Assembly (NCBI GenBank): GCA_010909165.1
Contig: MU008173.1
Location: 434,001-498,000 of the forward strand
Direction: 5' to 3'
DNA from: Anthoceros angustus
Taxonomy: Eukaryota; Plantae; Anthocerotophyta
Length of the DNA: 64,000 nt
Each line of letters starts with the position of its first letter. The stretch's first letter is position 1. The notes below the pieces were generated by a model. That model searched no databases. It was not told the DNA's origin and worked only from the letters and a program-made list of their open reading frames with translations. Below, one piece after another: positions 63,301 to 64,000 of this stretch. The translations under genes and the position numbers were made by a program.

Positions 63301-63590
63301 GGCCGCCTCGCATTCCGTCTGCGCTCCTCGCCACCTTGTTCTCGCCTTCGGGCTCTCCAACTTCTCCTTGAGCAACTTCTCACACTCACTCGGTGAGCCA
63401 TGGCACAGTCGAGGAGCTGCTTCGCGAGCCATGGCGAAGTCAAATTCCAAATTGTGTCCCTTGCCCATTCCCTTCCACAACAATTCGCCGCGGTGTCACT
63501 CCTCCACCCGGTAGGTTCGGTGAAATGTCGCCAAAATGTTAGCTCGGACTTGAAACTAACCCCTCTTCTTCTAGGGGTTGGTTTGCCTCT
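60330..63590 (-). repeat. Tandem duplication of a unit of about 1.64 kb (unclassified, retroelement-like)
   Basis: CTAATGAACTC at about 60420 and 62058; GGTCTCTTATACATTCA at about 60810 and 62461; CTCTTCTTCTAGGGGTTGGTTTGCC at about 61951 and 63563. Confidence 0.85.
62082..62170. repeat. 21-bp tandem repeat, 4 copies
   Basis: GGGCCACACAGACCCCTCCTT x4 (AQGGVCV repeats on the minus strand). A degenerate version lies at about 60445-60510. Confidence 0.9.
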
Positions 63591-64000
63591 CCTCATCCGC
63601 TCCAATCTCTAGCGGCGACTCCTCCTCGCGAGAGGCACAACTTGTCGCTTCCTTTATTTTCTCCTCCTTCACCTGCTCGCCGCCGACTGGTGACCCTAGG
63701 TGTGGGTTCCTCCGCCGCTGGCCGCCTTCCCTTCGCCGACCCCTGCTCACCGCCGCCTCCGCTTCTTGCCCTTGGAAACCTCCCCACCTTCATCCGAATC
63801 TTCTAGGATTCCCAATCCGGAATCCTTCCCAATCCTCCTTACACTCCTCCTCCTCTACCTTGAGTTCCCCGACCGGCCATGAAGGGACATGCCCAACTCC
63901 GTTAGACACGAATGCGCGAACACATGAATTAGAAAAGGTGAAATCAAGGAGGGCCGAGGGAAGGGAGAGCAAATTCGCCTCTCCTCATGTGCTCTTTCAA

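Overview
Eukaryotic nuclear DNA, most likely from a seed-free land plant (hornwort- or Selaginella-like). This rests on short spliceosomal introns, a Tctex-type dynein light chain, a PLS-class PPR remnant and a DUF538 gene. About 70% of the window is transposon-derived. Layout: (1) 1-4.7 kb, a very large fungal/protist-type GBP/atlastin/VLIG-like GTPase gene, disrupted by a stop and frameshifts and running off the left edge. (2) 6-40.7 kb, a nest of Athila/OTA-like Ty3/Gypsy LTR elements, including a tandem arrangement with a shared LTR, internal triplications, an inverted sister copy and an extra 3' ORF. (3) 40.8-45.5 kb, a CstF77-like pseudogene split inside an exon by a 2.3-kb TIR DNA transposon with an unusual target-site duplication. 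(4) A TORNADO1-like Roco C-terminal pseudogene, then a 5' fragment of an alphaproteobacterial 16S rRNA gene ending at an N. (5) 48.2-52.6 kb, a compact gene island (THUMP/RlmL-like methyltransferase, putative plastid membrane protein, Tctex1, DUF538). (6) A CRE-clade-like non-LTR retrotransposon and unclassified GC-rich repeats. Repeat copies are full of small indels, so some lesions and tandem duplications may be long-read assembly artefacts. All family assignments come from motif recognition by eye, not database searches. No single clearly new system was identified; the best candidates are the giant GTPase and the unclassified TIR element.
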